Part shown: in pieces, positions 26,787-36,918 of the stretch
Layout of the letters: the number at the start of each line of letters is the position of its first letter
Numbering within the stretch: the stretch's first letter is position 1
Sequence record: ON190024.1
Length of the DNA stretch: 64,000 bases
Reading direction: 5' to 3' (one strand)
Notes under the pieces: model-generated
Seen by the model: the letters and a program-made list of their open reading frames with translations, nothing else
Database searches by the model: none
Told to the model about the DNA's origin: nothing
Program-made: the position numbers and the translations under genes

Positions 26787-28622
26787 ATGAAAGACGACAT
26801 TTTAGACATTGTTAGCGGTTCGGGTAATATTAAAGAAAATGCCAATAAAGACTCGAAAGTGATCCCTACAATGCGTGACTTGGTAGCTGGTACAGTGTCG
26901 AAGCAATATGCACTGGAAGAATATCTACCGAAGCACATTGCAGACGCTCATATCGACGGTGATATTCATTTTCACGACCTTGATTACAGCCCACTATTCC
27001 CACAATTCAACTGTATGCTTATCGACATCAAGGGGATGTTCGAAGGTGGGTTCAAAATGGGTAACGCTGAAATTGAAGAGCCAAATAGCATTGCGACTGC
27101 TGCGACTATCGTAACTCAGATCATTCAGCAAGTAAGCAGCCACATCTATGGCGGTAACACAATCAATCGCATCGACGAAGTGCTTGCTCCTTATGTTCGC
27201 AAGTCGTACTACAAATGGTTAGAAATCGGTCGAGAAGAACATCCAGATTCAGATTCAAAAGCCGCGATCTTTGCTCGTAAACGTGTTGAGAAAGAAACGT
27301 ATGATGCGTTTCAGACTTTTGAATACCAAGTCAATACAATGCAGACTTCAAATGGTCAGACACCATTCACGACAATCAACTTCGGTTTAGGTACTTCGTG
27401 GGAAGAGAAACTGATTCAGAAAAGCATTCTGCAAAATCGTATTGCTGGTCTAGGCAAGACTAAGAAAACTGCTATCTTCCCGAAACTTGTTTTCACGTTG
27501 AAAGACGGTGTTAACTTGAAAGAAGGTGATCCTTGTTACGGAATCAAGAAGCTTGCTCTTGAGTGTGCAAGTAAACGCATGTACCCAGACATTTTGAACT
27601 ATGAAAAGCTAGTTGAAACAACTGGCGGATTCAAGTCGCCTATGGGATGTCGTTCATTCTTGGGTGAATGGAAAAATGAAGATGGCGAAACTGTATTCGA
27701 CGGTCGTAATAACTTAGGTGTTGTTTCTATAAACATCCCGCGTATTGCAATCGAAGCGTCGGGAGACACTGAACGTTTCTTCGAGATCTTGCACGAACGT
27801 TGTACACTAGCTTACGAAGCGTTGATGTTGCGTATCAAGCGTTTTGACGATGTTACTGCATCAGTTGCACCGATTCTGTACTGTGAAGGCGCTATGGGCG
27901 TACGCTTGAAGCCAACTGATAAAGTCAGTGAAGTGTTCAAGAACGGTCGCGCAAGTATCTCACTCGGTTACATCGGTCTGCATGAGGCTGTAACGCTGCT
28001 TTCGCCTGACAAAGACATGCACACATTCGAGTCGCAGCACAAGCAATTCCTTGCTGAAAAGATTGTTGAGACGCTTAGAGCGTACACAGACGCATGGAAA
28101 GAACTGACTGGCTACGGATTCAGTCTATACAGCACGCCAAGCGAATCGCTATGTGATCGTTTCTGTCGTCTCGATCAAGAGAAATACGGTATCATTACGG
28201 GTATCAACGACAAAGACTATTACACGAACTCGTTTCACTTAGATGTGTTCAAGAAAGTGAATCCGTTCGAGAAGATTGATTTCGAAGCAGCATACCCAAT
28301 TCATGCGAATGGTGGTTTCATCTGCTATGCTGAATTCCCGAACATGCGAGACAACATCAAAGGTCTAGAGCGCGTATGGGATTACGCATATAAGAAAGTT
28401 GCGTACTTCGGCACAAACACGCCGATTGACCAGTGTACTTGTGGTTGGTCTGGTGAAGCACATACAGACTCTGAGGGTTATTCATGTCCTGTATGCGGCG
28501 AACGCGACCCTGAAAAACTACACGTGACACGTCGTGTCTGTGGCTATCTCGGTAACCCAGGTGCTCGTGGATGGAATCACGGAAAGACGGTCGAAATGCA
28601 AAATCGAGTTAAACACTGTTAA
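26787..28622 (+). CDS. nrdD: Anaerobic ribonucleotide reductase, large subunit
   Basis: IHFHDLDY, PMGCRSFL, GRNNLGV, RRVCGYLG glycyl-radical motif; no intron. Confidence 0.96.
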   Translation: MKDDILDIVSGSGNIKENANKDSKVIPTMRDLVAGTVSKQYALEEYLPKHIADAHIDGDIHFHDLDYSPLFPQFNCMLIDIKGMFEGGFKMGNAEIEEPNSIATAATIVTQIIQQVSSHIYGGNTINRIDEVLAPYVRKSYYKWLEIGREEHPDSDSKAAIFARKRVEKETYDAFQTFEYQVNTMQTSNGQTPFTTINFGLGTSWEEKLIQKSILQNRIAGLGKTKKTAIFPKLVFTLKDGVNLKEGDPCYGIKKLALECASKRMYPDILNYEKLVETTGGFKSPMGCRSFLGEWKNEDGETVFDGRNNLGVVSINIPRIAIEASGDTERFFEILHERCTLAYEALMLRIKRFDDVTASVAPILYCEGAMGVRLKPTDKVSEVFKNGRASISLGYIGLHEAVTLLSPDKDMHTFESQHKQFLAEKIVETLRAYTDAWKELTGYGFSLYSTPSESLCDRFCRLDQEKYGIITGINDKDYYTNSFHLDVFKKVNPFEKIDFEAAYPIHANGGFICYAEFPNMRDNIKGLERVWDYAYKKVAYFGTNTPIDQCTCGWSGEAHTDSEGYSCPVCGERDPEKLHVTRRVCGYLGNPGARGWNHGKTVEMQNRVKHC

Positions 28623-28623
28623 G

Positions 28624-28647
28624 AAAGCGCCTTCGGGCGCTTTTTTT
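28624..28647 (+). terminator. Terminator
   Basis: AAAGCGCC-TTCG-GGCGCTTTTTTT. Confidence 0.9.
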
Positions 28648-28667
28648 GTTTTTGTCGGAGAAAAAGG

Positions 28668-28696
28668 TTGCAACGCGAATCAGAAGTGCGTAATAT
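28668..28696 (+). promoter_or_regulatory. Early promoter
   Basis: TTGCAA-17-TAATAT plus TTCATCGAGACGA leader. Confidence 0.8.
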
Positions 28697-28739
28697 TAAC
28701 TTCATCGAGACGACATCGACTAACAGAGAGAGAAACATT

Positions 28740-29159
28740 ATGCTATACATCAACTTGACTACTTGCAGCGTAACCGATGAACATTCAGTAGCTGAACTGT
28801 GGCGTATTCGAGAGGGTCACAATGTTGAATCTAGATGGGATTGGGATTCACTAGAGCGAGTTACTGAAGTCTGCAATATGCTTGACCAAGATCTATACAT
28901 GGTGACAGACGCAGGTTCGGGTTGTTCACCGCGCTTTGACATTATCAAAAAGCCACGTGTAGGTGATTCAGTTAGCTATTGTTTCAATGGTGACAGTCGT
29001 CCCGACGGTGAAATCACTAAGATTTCAAAAACAATGAAGATGATTACGACATCAACTGGCAGCAAATACTATCGCCGTAAGTTGACTGGTCGATGGGTTC
29101 GGGGCGGCTGTTGGACGTTAGTACACGGTCATGTGTCTAAAATGAATGAGGAATTTTAA
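28740..29159 (+). CDS. Early hypothetical protein
   Basis: Start reassigned to ATG after GAGAGAG SD. Confidence 0.75.
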   Translation: MLYINLTTCSVTDEHSVAELWRIREGHNVESRWDWDSLERVTEVCNMLDQDLYMVTDAGSGCSPRFDIIKKPRVGDSVSYCFNGDSRPDGEITKISKTMKMITTSTGSKYYRRKLTGRWVRGGCWTLVHGHVSKMNEEF

Positions 29160-29728
29160 TGTATTTCCCACGAGAACGAAGAGTTCCTGTCATGCAGCCA
29201 ACGCCTTTAGCTGTTGGCAGTATGGTTCGAGTATACGTTGATCAAAAACAATATCTCGGTGCTAAATTTGTGTATCAAGGCGAGTGTGAAGAGTACATTC
29301 TGTATGATTACATGAATACTGAGACTTTCATCATCGAGAATGGTCTAATACGTACAAACACAAGCGGATTATTGATCTCACGCATCGAAGAGCAAGAAAC
29401 GTGTCAAGAACTGTTTATGCACGACGGTGTTCTGTCATACAATACAGAAAAAATTGAAACGAAGATGGAATATGTTCGTATCAAATCGGGCGACAAGATC
29501 AAAGTCTATATGAACTGTCAGTTCTCACCTAGACAAGAAGAAGCGACGGTTGTTTTCTGTAACGACGACTTTCTCACCGTTGTTTGCGACGGTGTACCGT
29601 TTACCTTTTCTCGCCGTGAAGTTATGTGCAAAAACATTGTTCATGTGTCTAACGACGGTATCAGAGAATCTTGCCGCATAAACGAAGACGTTTTTGTAGG
29701 TAGACCTAGTGAAGTATCAAAAAATTAA
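29159..29728 (+). CDS. Hypothetical protein, possibly tandem SH3-like domains
   Basis: 189-aa coupled ORF. Confidence 0.65.
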   Translation: MYFPRERRVPVMQPTPLAVGSMVRVYVDQKQYLGAKFVYQGECEEYILYDYMNTETFIIENGLIRTNTSGLLISRIEEQETCQELFMHDGVLSYNTEKIETKMEYVRIKSGDKIKVYMNCQFSPRQEEATVVFCNDDFLTVVCDGVPFTFSRREVMCKNIVHVSNDGIRESCRINEDVFVGRPSEVSKN

Positions 29729-30185
29729 CGAATTTGATTTTGCAAACGGCGAAGGTGTTCGATTGAGCATCTTCGTTTCTGGCTGTGAGCACCGCTGTGC
29801 GGGCTGCTACAACGAATCGACGTGGGACCCGAACGATGGTATTGATTTTACCGAAGAAACGCTTAGAGACGTTCTGACGAGCTTAGAACAGCACGATGGT
29901 TTGAGTCTTACAGGCGGCGATCCGTTATATCCGGGTAATCGCGAAGCGATTTTGCGAATTTGTAAAGCAGTGAAAGAACGTTATCCCGACAAAGACATTT
30001 GGATGTGGAGCGGGTACAAGTTATCCCGTGTTGAACATTTAGAGATAATGAATTATATTGATGTTTTCATTGATGGACGTTACAAGAGACATCAACCAAC
30101 ACAGAAAGCGTGGCGCGGTTCTGACAATCAAATATTGTACGTTCGGGTAAATGATGAATTAGTTATTGACGAAGAGAGAAATTAA
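29709..30185 (+). CDS. nrdG: Anaerobic RNR activase (radical SAM)
   Basis: NGEGVR, CEHRCAGC, LTGGDPL, RGSDNQ. Confidence 0.95.
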   Translation: MKYQKINEFDFANGEGVRLSIFVSGCEHRCAGCYNESTWDPNDGIDFTEETLRDVLTSLEQHDGLSLTGGDPLYPGNREAILRICKAVKERYPDKDIWMWSGYKLSRVEHLEIMNYIDVFIDGRYKRHQPTQKAWRGSDNQILYVRVNDELVIDEERN

Positions 30186-30709
30186 TGAGTTGTGTTTGGA
30201 TTACAAGTGACTTGCATTTAGGTCACAGAAATATCGGTAAGTTTCGCGACGGGATTGAAGACACTCAAGCGAACACCGACTGGATTGTTGACTTCTGGCT
30301 GAAGAACGTTCGCAAGCGTGACACTGTGATCATGCTTGGCGATACTGCATTCACTGAAGAAGCTATTGGCATTCTTGCGGGTCTACCGGGTCGTAAAGTA
30401 CAATATGGCGGAAATCACGACGATCTGCCTGTTTCAAGCTACATGCGTGCATTTGACGTAATCCGTGGTTGTGAGAAGTTCAAGAAGCTTGGGTGGTTGA
30501 GTCATTTCCCTCTACACCCTGCTGAATTACGTGGTCATTTCAGCATTCATGGTCACGTGCATTACGAAACAATTGACGACTATCGTTATGTTAACGTTTG
30601 CTGTGACAATTTGCAACGTCACATTGGTCAACCGATGATCCGTCTTACCGATTTGCGGCAACTTCTTGACAAACGACGCGAGTCTAAAGAGGTTAGTTAC
30701 GACTTCTAG
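30185..30709 (+). CDS. Metallophosphoesterase
   Basis: SDLHLGH, LGD, GNHD, HGHVH. Confidence 0.88.
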   Translation: MSCVWITSDLHLGHRNIGKFRDGIEDTQANTDWIVDFWLKNVRKRDTVIMLGDTAFTEEAIGILAGLPGRKVQYGGNHDDLPVSSYMRAFDVIRGCEKFKKLGWLSHFPLHPAELRGHFSIHGHVHYETIDDYRYVNVCCDNLQRHIGQPMIRLTDLRQLLDKRRESKEVSYDF

Positions 30710-30732
30710 AGCGTAGTCTATCTGCATGAACA

Positions 30733-30740
30733 TCTAAATA
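30733..30740 (+). promoter_or_regulatory. Late promoter
   Basis: TCTAAATA. Confidence 0.6.
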
Positions 30741-30773
30741 CTGGTATGGTATTAAAGATGGTGTTCATGCACT

Positions 30774-31619
30774 ATGATAGATGTTTTGTTAAGATATGAC
30801 GCAAGGATCATCAATAGCAGAAAGATAGTCATCTATACGGATGAAAATCGTCTCAGTCTTATTGTGAAACTCGCGAAAGAGCTTAACGGGACGTACAAGA
30901 AGTGCGATCCCGGTAGTTCAATTGGTTGTATACAGATGGAAAAATGCAGAGTATACGTCAAACCAACATCTAATCCTGGCATCGAGAATGAACGCAATTT
31001 CTATACTATTGTAAAGCAACACATTGATTCTGGCTGTACGCGGATTAAAATTGGTGGGCGTCTTATAAAAGGTGTTCAGTCAATCGAAATGACTGGTCAC
31101 GACACGAAAAACAATAAGAAAGCCGATATGGTCTTGAAAACAGACAAAGGCGACTTTCCGATTTCAATCAAAAAATCAAATGCAGAACGTTGGGCGAGTA
31201 CTGACGTTATTCACGGCACAGAAGCATGTAAGCTGTTAAATCGCATGGTAGACAAGAAAATCGTCACACTAACCGATTTCTCAGATGACGGGAAAGTAAA
31301 ACGACTGAGCCAGCCCATTGCTAGACGACTTAGAGACGATGAGATCAATCACGTTGTATTCGGGTCTGATATTCTCGGGAGGGGTCTTGTTGTCGTCAAT
31401 AGCTTTACTCTAGATGATTTTGTATTCAAGCGCGGTACTTTACATATTAGCGGTGAAGTGCTTTTAGATTCGAGTGATGTAAAAGACACAATTTACCACC
31501 CATATATGATGATTAGAAATGATGCATGTCGCCGCTCGAAGGCATTGCCTTATGGTGTACGTGTTGAAGTTGTATTCGAGTCAAGAATTACTAAAAATAC
31601 GATTGTTTACGAGGAGTAG
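30774..31619 (+). CDS. Late protein with PD-(D/E)xK nuclease-like motif
   Basis: KKADMVL...FPISIKK. Confidence 0.5.
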   Translation: MIDVLLRYDARIINSRKIVIYTDENRLSLIVKLAKELNGTYKKCDPGSSIGCIQMEKCRVYVKPTSNPGIENERNFYTIVKQHIDSGCTRIKIGGRLIKGVQSIEMTGHDTKNNKKADMVLKTDKGDFPISIKKSNAERWASTDVIHGTEACKLLNRMVDKKIVTLTDFSDDGKVKRLSQPIARRLRDDEINHVVFGSDILGRGLVVVNSFTLDDFVFKRGTLHISGEVLLDSSDVKDTIYHPYMMIRNDACRRSKALPYGVRVEVVFESRITKNTIVYEE

Positions 31620-31622
31620 CTA

Positions 31623-32447
31623 ATGGCTATCAAAGATAAATTGGAAGAACTTATTGCGTCGGTTCACCAATGTACTACAAAAGACGGCGTAGTTGAAATT
31701 GAAAAACTATATACGCAAAAGAAAAAAGAACTCGGTGCCAACATCACCCCGATGATGGATATTCGCGTTCGTGACGCAATTCGTGGTAAAATCACGATGT
31801 TCGATAAAGAAAATGCTGCTGCTAAAGAAGAAGCTAAACGGAAAAAACAACAAGAAGAAGCTGAAGCAATTGCGGCTAAACTCGATGAGGGTCTTTTTGT
31901 TGTTTCTGAGAAAGAGTTCTTTGAACACGAAACCGTTGTGAATGAGTGTGCGATTGATGCTGCGTGTATTATGGACGTAGACTCAAGCATCCCTTCTGTT
32001 GGTCATAAAGAACTGACTAAAACGCTTTCTGAGGCATGTGAGCATGTTGGTGCAGTAGGTAAAATATTTGTACCTGAGTCACAGAACAAAGTATTGTCGC
32101 TGCAAGAGCGCGTTGAACTATTTGAATCATTCTCAGACGTTGATGTTGCACCCAAAGGTGTGATGTTTGCTGAGGTTGAGAACATGATTCAGAAAGGCAT
32201 TACTCGTGTATTTGCATTCGTAGAAGCGAATAAAGTCGCTGAGTACCGTCGTCTCGGTCGCCATTTCTTGCGTGTTGGTGGCACTCGCTTTGAGATTGTT
32301 GAAGTCAAGAACAAAGTACCATCTAGTACGATTGAAAATCTGATTCGTGAGGATAATCTCATTGAGTTTATGCGTAGTGTACCTATGCCATTAAACGAAG
32401 CCGAGAAGATCTTTGATCGTCAGCTTGAACAACTACTGGGGGCGTAA
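31623..32447 (+). CDS. Coiled-coil N-terminus plus degenerate cytidylyltransferase-like domain
   Basis: PSVGHKEL, LSLQERVELF, FVEANKVAEY pattern of T4-like phage cytidylyltransferases. Confidence 0.5.
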   Translation: MAIKDKLEELIASVHQCTTKDGVVEIEKLYTQKKKELGANITPMMDIRVRDAIRGKITMFDKENAAAKEEAKRKKQQEEAEAIAAKLDEGLFVVSEKEFFEHETVVNECAIDAACIMDVDSSIPSVGHKELTKTLSEACEHVGAVGKIFVPESQNKVLSLQERVELFESFSDVDVAPKGVMFAEVENMIQKGITRVFAFVEANKVAEYRRLGRHFLRVGGTRFEIVEVKNKVPSSTIENLIREDNLIEFMRSVPMPLNEAEKIFDRQLEQLLGA

Positions 32448-32923
32448 TGAGTGTAGCTAAACGTGGCGCAGATGGGTTTTATGCTCTTCGCTTATCTCGT
32501 TTGCTTCATCTTCGTTTTGATCGTTGGGAAGCATATCGAATGGGGATCATCGACGCAGATGGTAAAAAACTGCGTGACCCTGTAACTGCTCAAGAAAAGA
32601 GTAACTGGACGTTATTTCACGTAACTGTGCGCAATATCAAGCGAATGGTTGGCGCATTGCCGGGTGGTAAGACAGCACTTGATTACGGCGCGTCATATCT
32701 GTTGCTAATTGAACTTGCAAAAGAGTACGGTTTATCTGACCAATTTGCAGATGAGTGTATTCGAGTAGAAGAATCCGTTGTTGCAGGTGATTCGGGTGGC
32801 GATGTAGCCGCTATTGCTTCTGGTGAAACTACTGGTGCAGTTACAAGCGCAGGTCCCGAGACTATTGGTGACAAGAAGAAAAAGAAAAAGAAGAAGCTGA
32901 AAAAGTTCAGACACTTCGACTAA
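32447..32923 (+). CDS. Conserved T4-like protein (gp61.1-like in related phages)
   Basis: WEAYRMGIIDADGK motif; poly-Lys C-terminus; next to gene 61. Confidence 0.6.
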   Translation: MSVAKRGADGFYALRLSRLLHLRFDRWEAYRMGIIDADGKKLRDPVTAQEKSNWTLFHVTVRNIKRMVGALPGGKTALDYGASYLLLIELAKEYGLSDQFADECIRVEESVVAGDSGGDVAAIASGETTGAVTSAGPETIGDKKKKKKKKLKKFRHFD

Positions 32924-32926
32924 TTA

Positions 32927-32952
32927 AAATGCCTCGTTTTCGGGGCTTTTTT
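32927..32952 (+). terminator. Terminator
   Basis: GCCTCG-TTTT-CGGGGC followed by T-tract. Confidence 0.65.
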
Positions 32953-33003
32953 ATGTTTATCGTATCGTGATGCCGTGTAATAATAAGACACGGAGGTTAT
33001 ATT

Positions 33004-34062
33004 ATGCAGATTTTGATTGATATACAATATGCCAAAATGCTTCAGCATCGTTTGTTATTGCCAAAAGTGCATAGCAATCGACCATTCAAAATAAATGCTC
33101 GTTGCCCGATTTGCGGCGACTCAAAAAAGAACAAGTACAAAACTCGTTTCTGGATTAATGAAGTCAAGACAAAAAGCGGTGAACTTCACTTGCGCTGCTC
33201 TTGTTGGAACTGTGACTACAACGAATCGCTGTACACTTTTTTGAAAGATCACGAGCCCGCTCTATTTTCTCAATATCGAGTTGATCTTTTCAAAGAACGC
33301 AACTCACGCGAACGCAAAGAACGCGAGCCTGAACCAGTCGTTGAAAAGAAAGAAGCGACGGTTATCGAGAAAGAACAAGAAGAACAGCTTTTTTACAACA
33401 TCACTGCACTGAAAGAAGGTCATGTGATGCACAAGTATCTTGAATCTCGTAAAATACCGAAAGACAAGTGGCATTTGCTTGGGTTTACTCGCGGTTGGAC
33501 TACAATGGCGAAGACATTACGCCCCGACTTGTACGAAGGTGAGATCAAGAATGACCACCCGCGTCTTGTAATTCCGATTTACAACAAAGACGGTCTGGTG
33601 GCAGTTCAAGGTCGTGCGTTGACGAACAAACACGCTCAACGTTATATGACCATCAAAATCGACGATGATTTTGACAAAATCTATGGTACTGAGCGCATCA
33701 ACGAAGAAGATCCTGTAATTTTCGTTGAGGGCCCTATTGATAGTTTATTCCTATACAATTGCTGTGCTATAGTAGGTGGACAAGTCAGCCCAAACAACGC
33801 ACCATATGCTGGTAATCGCATATGGGCGCTTGATAACGAGTGTAGGCACCCTGACGTTATAAAGCGTATGCAGACTCTGATTAGAGCGGGTGAACGTGTT
33901 GTTATTTGGGATAAGCTCCCACCGCAAATCATTGGTAAGAAAGACATCAATGATTTCATCAAAGCTGGCGTATCTGCTGAGTTCATTCAGCAATACATTT
34001 ATGAAAATGCCGTTAGTGGTCTAATGGCTACAAATCGACTTAACAGATGGAAGAAAATTTAA
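33004..34062 (+). CDS. 61: DNA primase gp61
   Basis: RCPICGDS, CWNC, QGRAL, VEGPIDSLF, KKDIND. Confidence 0.95.
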   Translation: MQILIDIQYAKMLQHRLLLPKVHSNRPFKINARCPICGDSKKNKYKTRFWINEVKTKSGELHLRCSCWNCDYNESLYTFLKDHEPALFSQYRVDLFKERNSRERKEREPEPVVEKKEATVIEKEQEEQLFYNITALKEGHVMHKYLESRKIPKDKWHLLGFTRGWTTMAKTLRPDLYEGEIKNDHPRLVIPIYNKDGLVAVQGRALTNKHAQRYMTIKIDDDFDKIYGTERINEEDPVIFVEGPIDSLFLYNCCAIVGGQVSPNNAPYAGNRIWALDNECRHPDVIKRMQTLIRAGERVVIWDKLPPQIIGKKDINDFIKAGVSAEFIQQYIYENAVSGLMATNRLNRWKKI

Positions 34063-34559
34063 TGAAGATTATTTACCTGCCGCACTACAAAGAAAACGCT
34101 GAACTAGGTCTGGACGCAATTGAGCCAATCGGTGTTAAAGACCCAGATGACGCGGGTATTGATCTGCGTGCTGCAATTGAAGAATCAATCGAGTTACAAC
34201 CGGGTGATTCAGTCGTTATCCCGTCTGGTGTCAAGATTCACATCGGGTCGCACCCGCTTCACCAACAATACACTGATTTGGGTGTATACGGTGCAATTGC
34301 ACCGCGCAGTGGTCTTGGGTTCAAGCACTTCTTGCGTCTAGCAAACACAATCGGGATTATCGACGCGAACTATCAAGGCGAAATCATGATCAAGATTCGC
34401 AACGAAGGCGACGACGTACTGCATATTGAGCGCGGTGATCGTATCTGTCAATTGATTTTCCATACTTACGTGAAGAACGTTCAGTTTGAAGAAGTTGATA
34501 CTTTTGACGAAGAAACTGACCGTGGTGCTCGTGGGTTTGGTGGTAGCGGGGTGAAATAA
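34062..34559 (+). CDS. dut: Trimeric dUTPase
   Basis: AGIDL, PRSGLG, GIIDANYQGEI, RGFGGSG. Confidence 0.93.
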   Translation: MKIIYLPHYKENAELGLDAIEPIGVKDPDDAGIDLRAAIEESIELQPGDSVVIPSGVKIHIGSHPLHQQYTDLGVYGAIAPRSGLGFKHFLRLANTIGIIDANYQGEIMIKIRNEGDDVLHIERGDRICQLIFHTYVKNVQFEEVDTFDEETDRGARGFGGSGVK

Positions 34560-34795
34560 TGCATACACCTATTTCTAGAACTGGTGAGATTCTAGGGTCA
34601 ATGCGTTCTGTGCTCATGGACGAGCGCATTGAAGCTGCTCTTCGCATGGATATTGCACGCGATCAAGAGCAAAAGGAAAAGATGTTGAATTCGAATCGAA
34701 CGATGATTTCGGATATTGACAAACAACAACGCAGAATCGAATCTAAGCTCGATTTACTACATTCATTACTTGACGTGAAGAAGGAAATATCATGA
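34559..34795 (+). CDS. Hypothetical coiled-coil protein
   Basis: Coupled ORF. Confidence 0.65.
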   Translation: MHTPISRTGEILGSMRSVLMDERIEAALRMDIARDQEQKEKMLNSNRTMISDIDKQQRRIESKLDLLHSLLDVKKEIS

Positions 34796-35484
34796 GTGAT
34801 AAACCCGTCTATGACATTCTAATCGACTATGAGGGATTCGACGTGACTCCCGACGCAGCGGTTATCGAACTAGGTGCAGTTGAATTCGAGCACGATTTTA
34901 CTAAAGTTCCCGATTACCAAGAGCTTGTGAAGAACTCGTTTCGCTGTAAGTTTGAGATCAAATCTCAAAAAGGCAAACGCAGCATCAATAAAGCGACTGT
35001 GCAATGGTGGTCTGAGCAGTCTCAAGAAGCTAAAGAAATTCTAATCCCTAGCGCAGAAGACGTGACGGTTGAAGAAGGTCATAAGCTTTTTATCGAGTGG
35101 ATTGAACAAAACACTCGTTACGACGGTCGTTCTCATTTCTACTGCCGTGGCAACAACTACGATATTCCGCTCATGGCTGATTGTTTCCGTTACAGTGGTT
35201 TGCGTCATGCGATCATCGAGCGTTTCTGGAAATTCCGTGACGTTCGTACTCGTATTGAAGCATTGATGCTGCAACGCGACATGTGTAAAGTGCCGATTCG
35301 ACGTGATGCAATGCCAGGGTTTATTCACCACAACGGCGTTCACGACTGTGCTAAAGATGCAATGATGCTTATCATGGCAGCGCGTTACGCACTTGACTTA
35401 GAAGAACTGCCCGAAAAAATGGAATGCCATGAAGTATCGGTTGACTTCACTGACGAAGAGAAAGAGGAACTTGGGCTACTATGA
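34792..35484 (+). CDS. dexA: DexA exonuclease (DEDDh)
   Basis: IDYEG, CRGNNYDIP, HNGVHDCAKD. Confidence 0.88.
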   Translation: MSDKPVYDILIDYEGFDVTPDAAVIELGAVEFEHDFTKVPDYQELVKNSFRCKFEIKSQKGKRSINKATVQWWSEQSQEAKEILIPSAEDVTVEEGHKLFIEWIEQNTRYDGRSHFYCRGNNYDIPLMADCFRYSGLRHAIIERFWKFRDVRTRIEALMLQRDMCKVPIRRDAMPGFIHHNGVHDCAKDAMMLIMAARYALDLEELPEKMECHEVSVDFTDEEKEELGLL

Positions 35485-35642
35485 TGATTGCTGTACATCT
35501 ACTATCACAAGCCAAGCCAGTTGTTCATGAGCACGTAAAGAACGCTTACACCAAAGACGGTCTTTACTGCTTGATGATGAAAGACGGTATGGTTTACAAA
35601 TACCCACTGATCAATATTTTCCGAATTACAGAAAATATGTAA
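35481..35642 (+). CDS. 53-aa hypothetical protein (not in ORF track)
   Basis: MMIAVHLLSQAKPVVHEHVKNAYTKDGLYC...; overlaps the dexA stop. Confidence 0.65.
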   Translation: MMIAVHLLSQAKPVVHEHVKNAYTKDGLYCLMMKDGMVYKYPLINIFRITENM

Positions 35643-35649
35643 AAAGTGG

Positions 35650-35678
35650 TTGCGTTGTCGGTGTGACTTGTGTAATAT
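35650..35678 (+). promoter_or_regulatory. Early promoter
   Basis: TTGCGT-17-TAATAT plus CACATCGACAACGA leader. Confidence 0.75.
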
Positions 35679-35710
35679 ACTCACATCGACAACGAAAAGA
35701 GAATATTATT

Positions 35711-35848
35711 ATGACAACGAATCGCCTAGATTGGACAATTGAAAAGAAAGCTCAGTTCATCGCGACATACAAAGACGGGACTGTTTTAGTTGCGCGAACT
35801 CGCGAAGCTCTTAATTCTCAAATCAATGAGTTTGAAAAGACGCTATGA
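35711..35848 (+). CDS. 45-aa early hypothetical protein
   Basis: Start reassigned after AAGAG SD. Confidence 0.65.
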   Translation: MTTNRLDWTIEKKAQFIATYKDGTVLVARTREALNSQINEFEKTL

Positions 35849-36243
35849 ATTTCCAAACGTTCATGTACAAATGGAAAAGATTTTCATTTGATTTCAACAA
35901 TTACGCAGTTGAGAAGCAACGCGGGTTAGTCGGGGTTGTTGACTTTGTGATGAAGAAACACTTCACGCATCGAGTATATGATCGATTCTGTCCTGCTGAA
36001 TTCTCGATTCTACGTAGAATGTTGTATCATACTGTTAACAAACACTTAGGTGAAGTTCTGTTTTGGTACTACAGCACCGATAAGCGTGAGCTGGCTATCA
36101 AACGTGATGATATTTTCATCATCATGCAACGTGGCGTCACGGGTTGTATTTTGATCACTACGGTATATCGTAATGAACATAAGCAAAACTCTGATAAGTT
36201 CTTTTTGATTGACATAAGCAGAAAGCAAAATGAAGCAGATTAG
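35845..36243 (+). CDS. Hypothetical protein
   Basis: 132-aa coupled ORF. Confidence 0.65.
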   Translation: MNFQTFMYKWKRFSFDFNNYAVEKQRGLVGVVDFVMKKHFTHRVYDRFCPAEFSILRRMLYHTVNKHLGEVLFWYYSTDKRELAIKRDDIFIIMQRGVTGCILITTVYRNEHKQNSDKFFLIDISRKQNEAD

Positions 36244-36475
36244 ACTTGGTGACTTCATCGAAGTCACTGAAAGGCTTGACCAAGAGAGTTTTTTTGGTCA
36301 ATTAATTGATATTGCACCGTGTCTATGGGCACGTGGTGATTTTCTACGACTTGTCGATGACGCAGGTAATGAAGTTCAAGTGAACACTGTGAACATCGAC
36401 ATGATTAATGGCACTGTTGTGGGCGAAATCATTCGCAACGCCCATGGCTTTATGTATTGTGAGGAAAAGATTTGA
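36230..36475 (+). CDS. Hypothetical protein
   Basis: 81-aa coupled ORF. Confidence 0.6.
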   Translation: MKQIRLGDFIEVTERLDQESFFGQLIDIAPCLWARGDFLRLVDDAGNEVQVNTVNIDMINGTVVGEIIRNAHGFMYCEEKI

Positions 36476-36918
36476 GCAAAGCATATATTTTTGTGAATCG
36501 CTACTGTAAAGGGATTCAAGCTGGGATTCAAGGCGCACATGCGCTGCTACGACTTGCGCGTAAAGCAGAAAAGCCTATATTTGACAAGTGGTTAAACGAA
36601 GACGAAACAATTGTGATTCTGTCAGCGTCGGGTCACGACCATCTTGAAGAAATCGAAAAGACCATTCGTGAAATGAATGTTGTAGAAGACATCACGTTTT
36701 TTCAAGAAGAAGGTTTACATCACTCTCTAACGGGTGTAGCATTCATTGGTGACGACACGCTAATGAAAGTTCAAGCCGAAATGAAAGAATGGCGCGAACT
36801 TCGTAAAATTGGCGAAGGTCCGAAGCGTCGAGACTTCGACTCAGATATGTTCTACAAGTACGGTCGAACATATGAACTTGCAAAATACTTAGAGGGGTTT
36901 CATTCTCATCATGGATAA
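36472..36918 (+). CDS. Pth2-like (peptidyl-tRNA hydrolase II fold) protein
   Basis: GIQAGIQGAHA...KWL..ETIVIL...EEG...LTGVAF. Confidence 0.55.
   Translation: MSKAYIFVNRYCKGIQAGIQGAHALLRLARKAEKPIFDKWLNEDETIVILSASGHDHLEEIEKTIREMNVVEDITFFQEEGLHHSLTGVAFIGDDTLMKVQAEMKEWRELRKIGEGPKRRDFDSDMFYKYGRTYELAKYLEGFHSHHG

Noticed and set aside
32872-32900. A-rich run as a programmed frameshift site
   Set aside because: It encodes the poly-Lys tail; no alternative-frame ORF follows before the terminator
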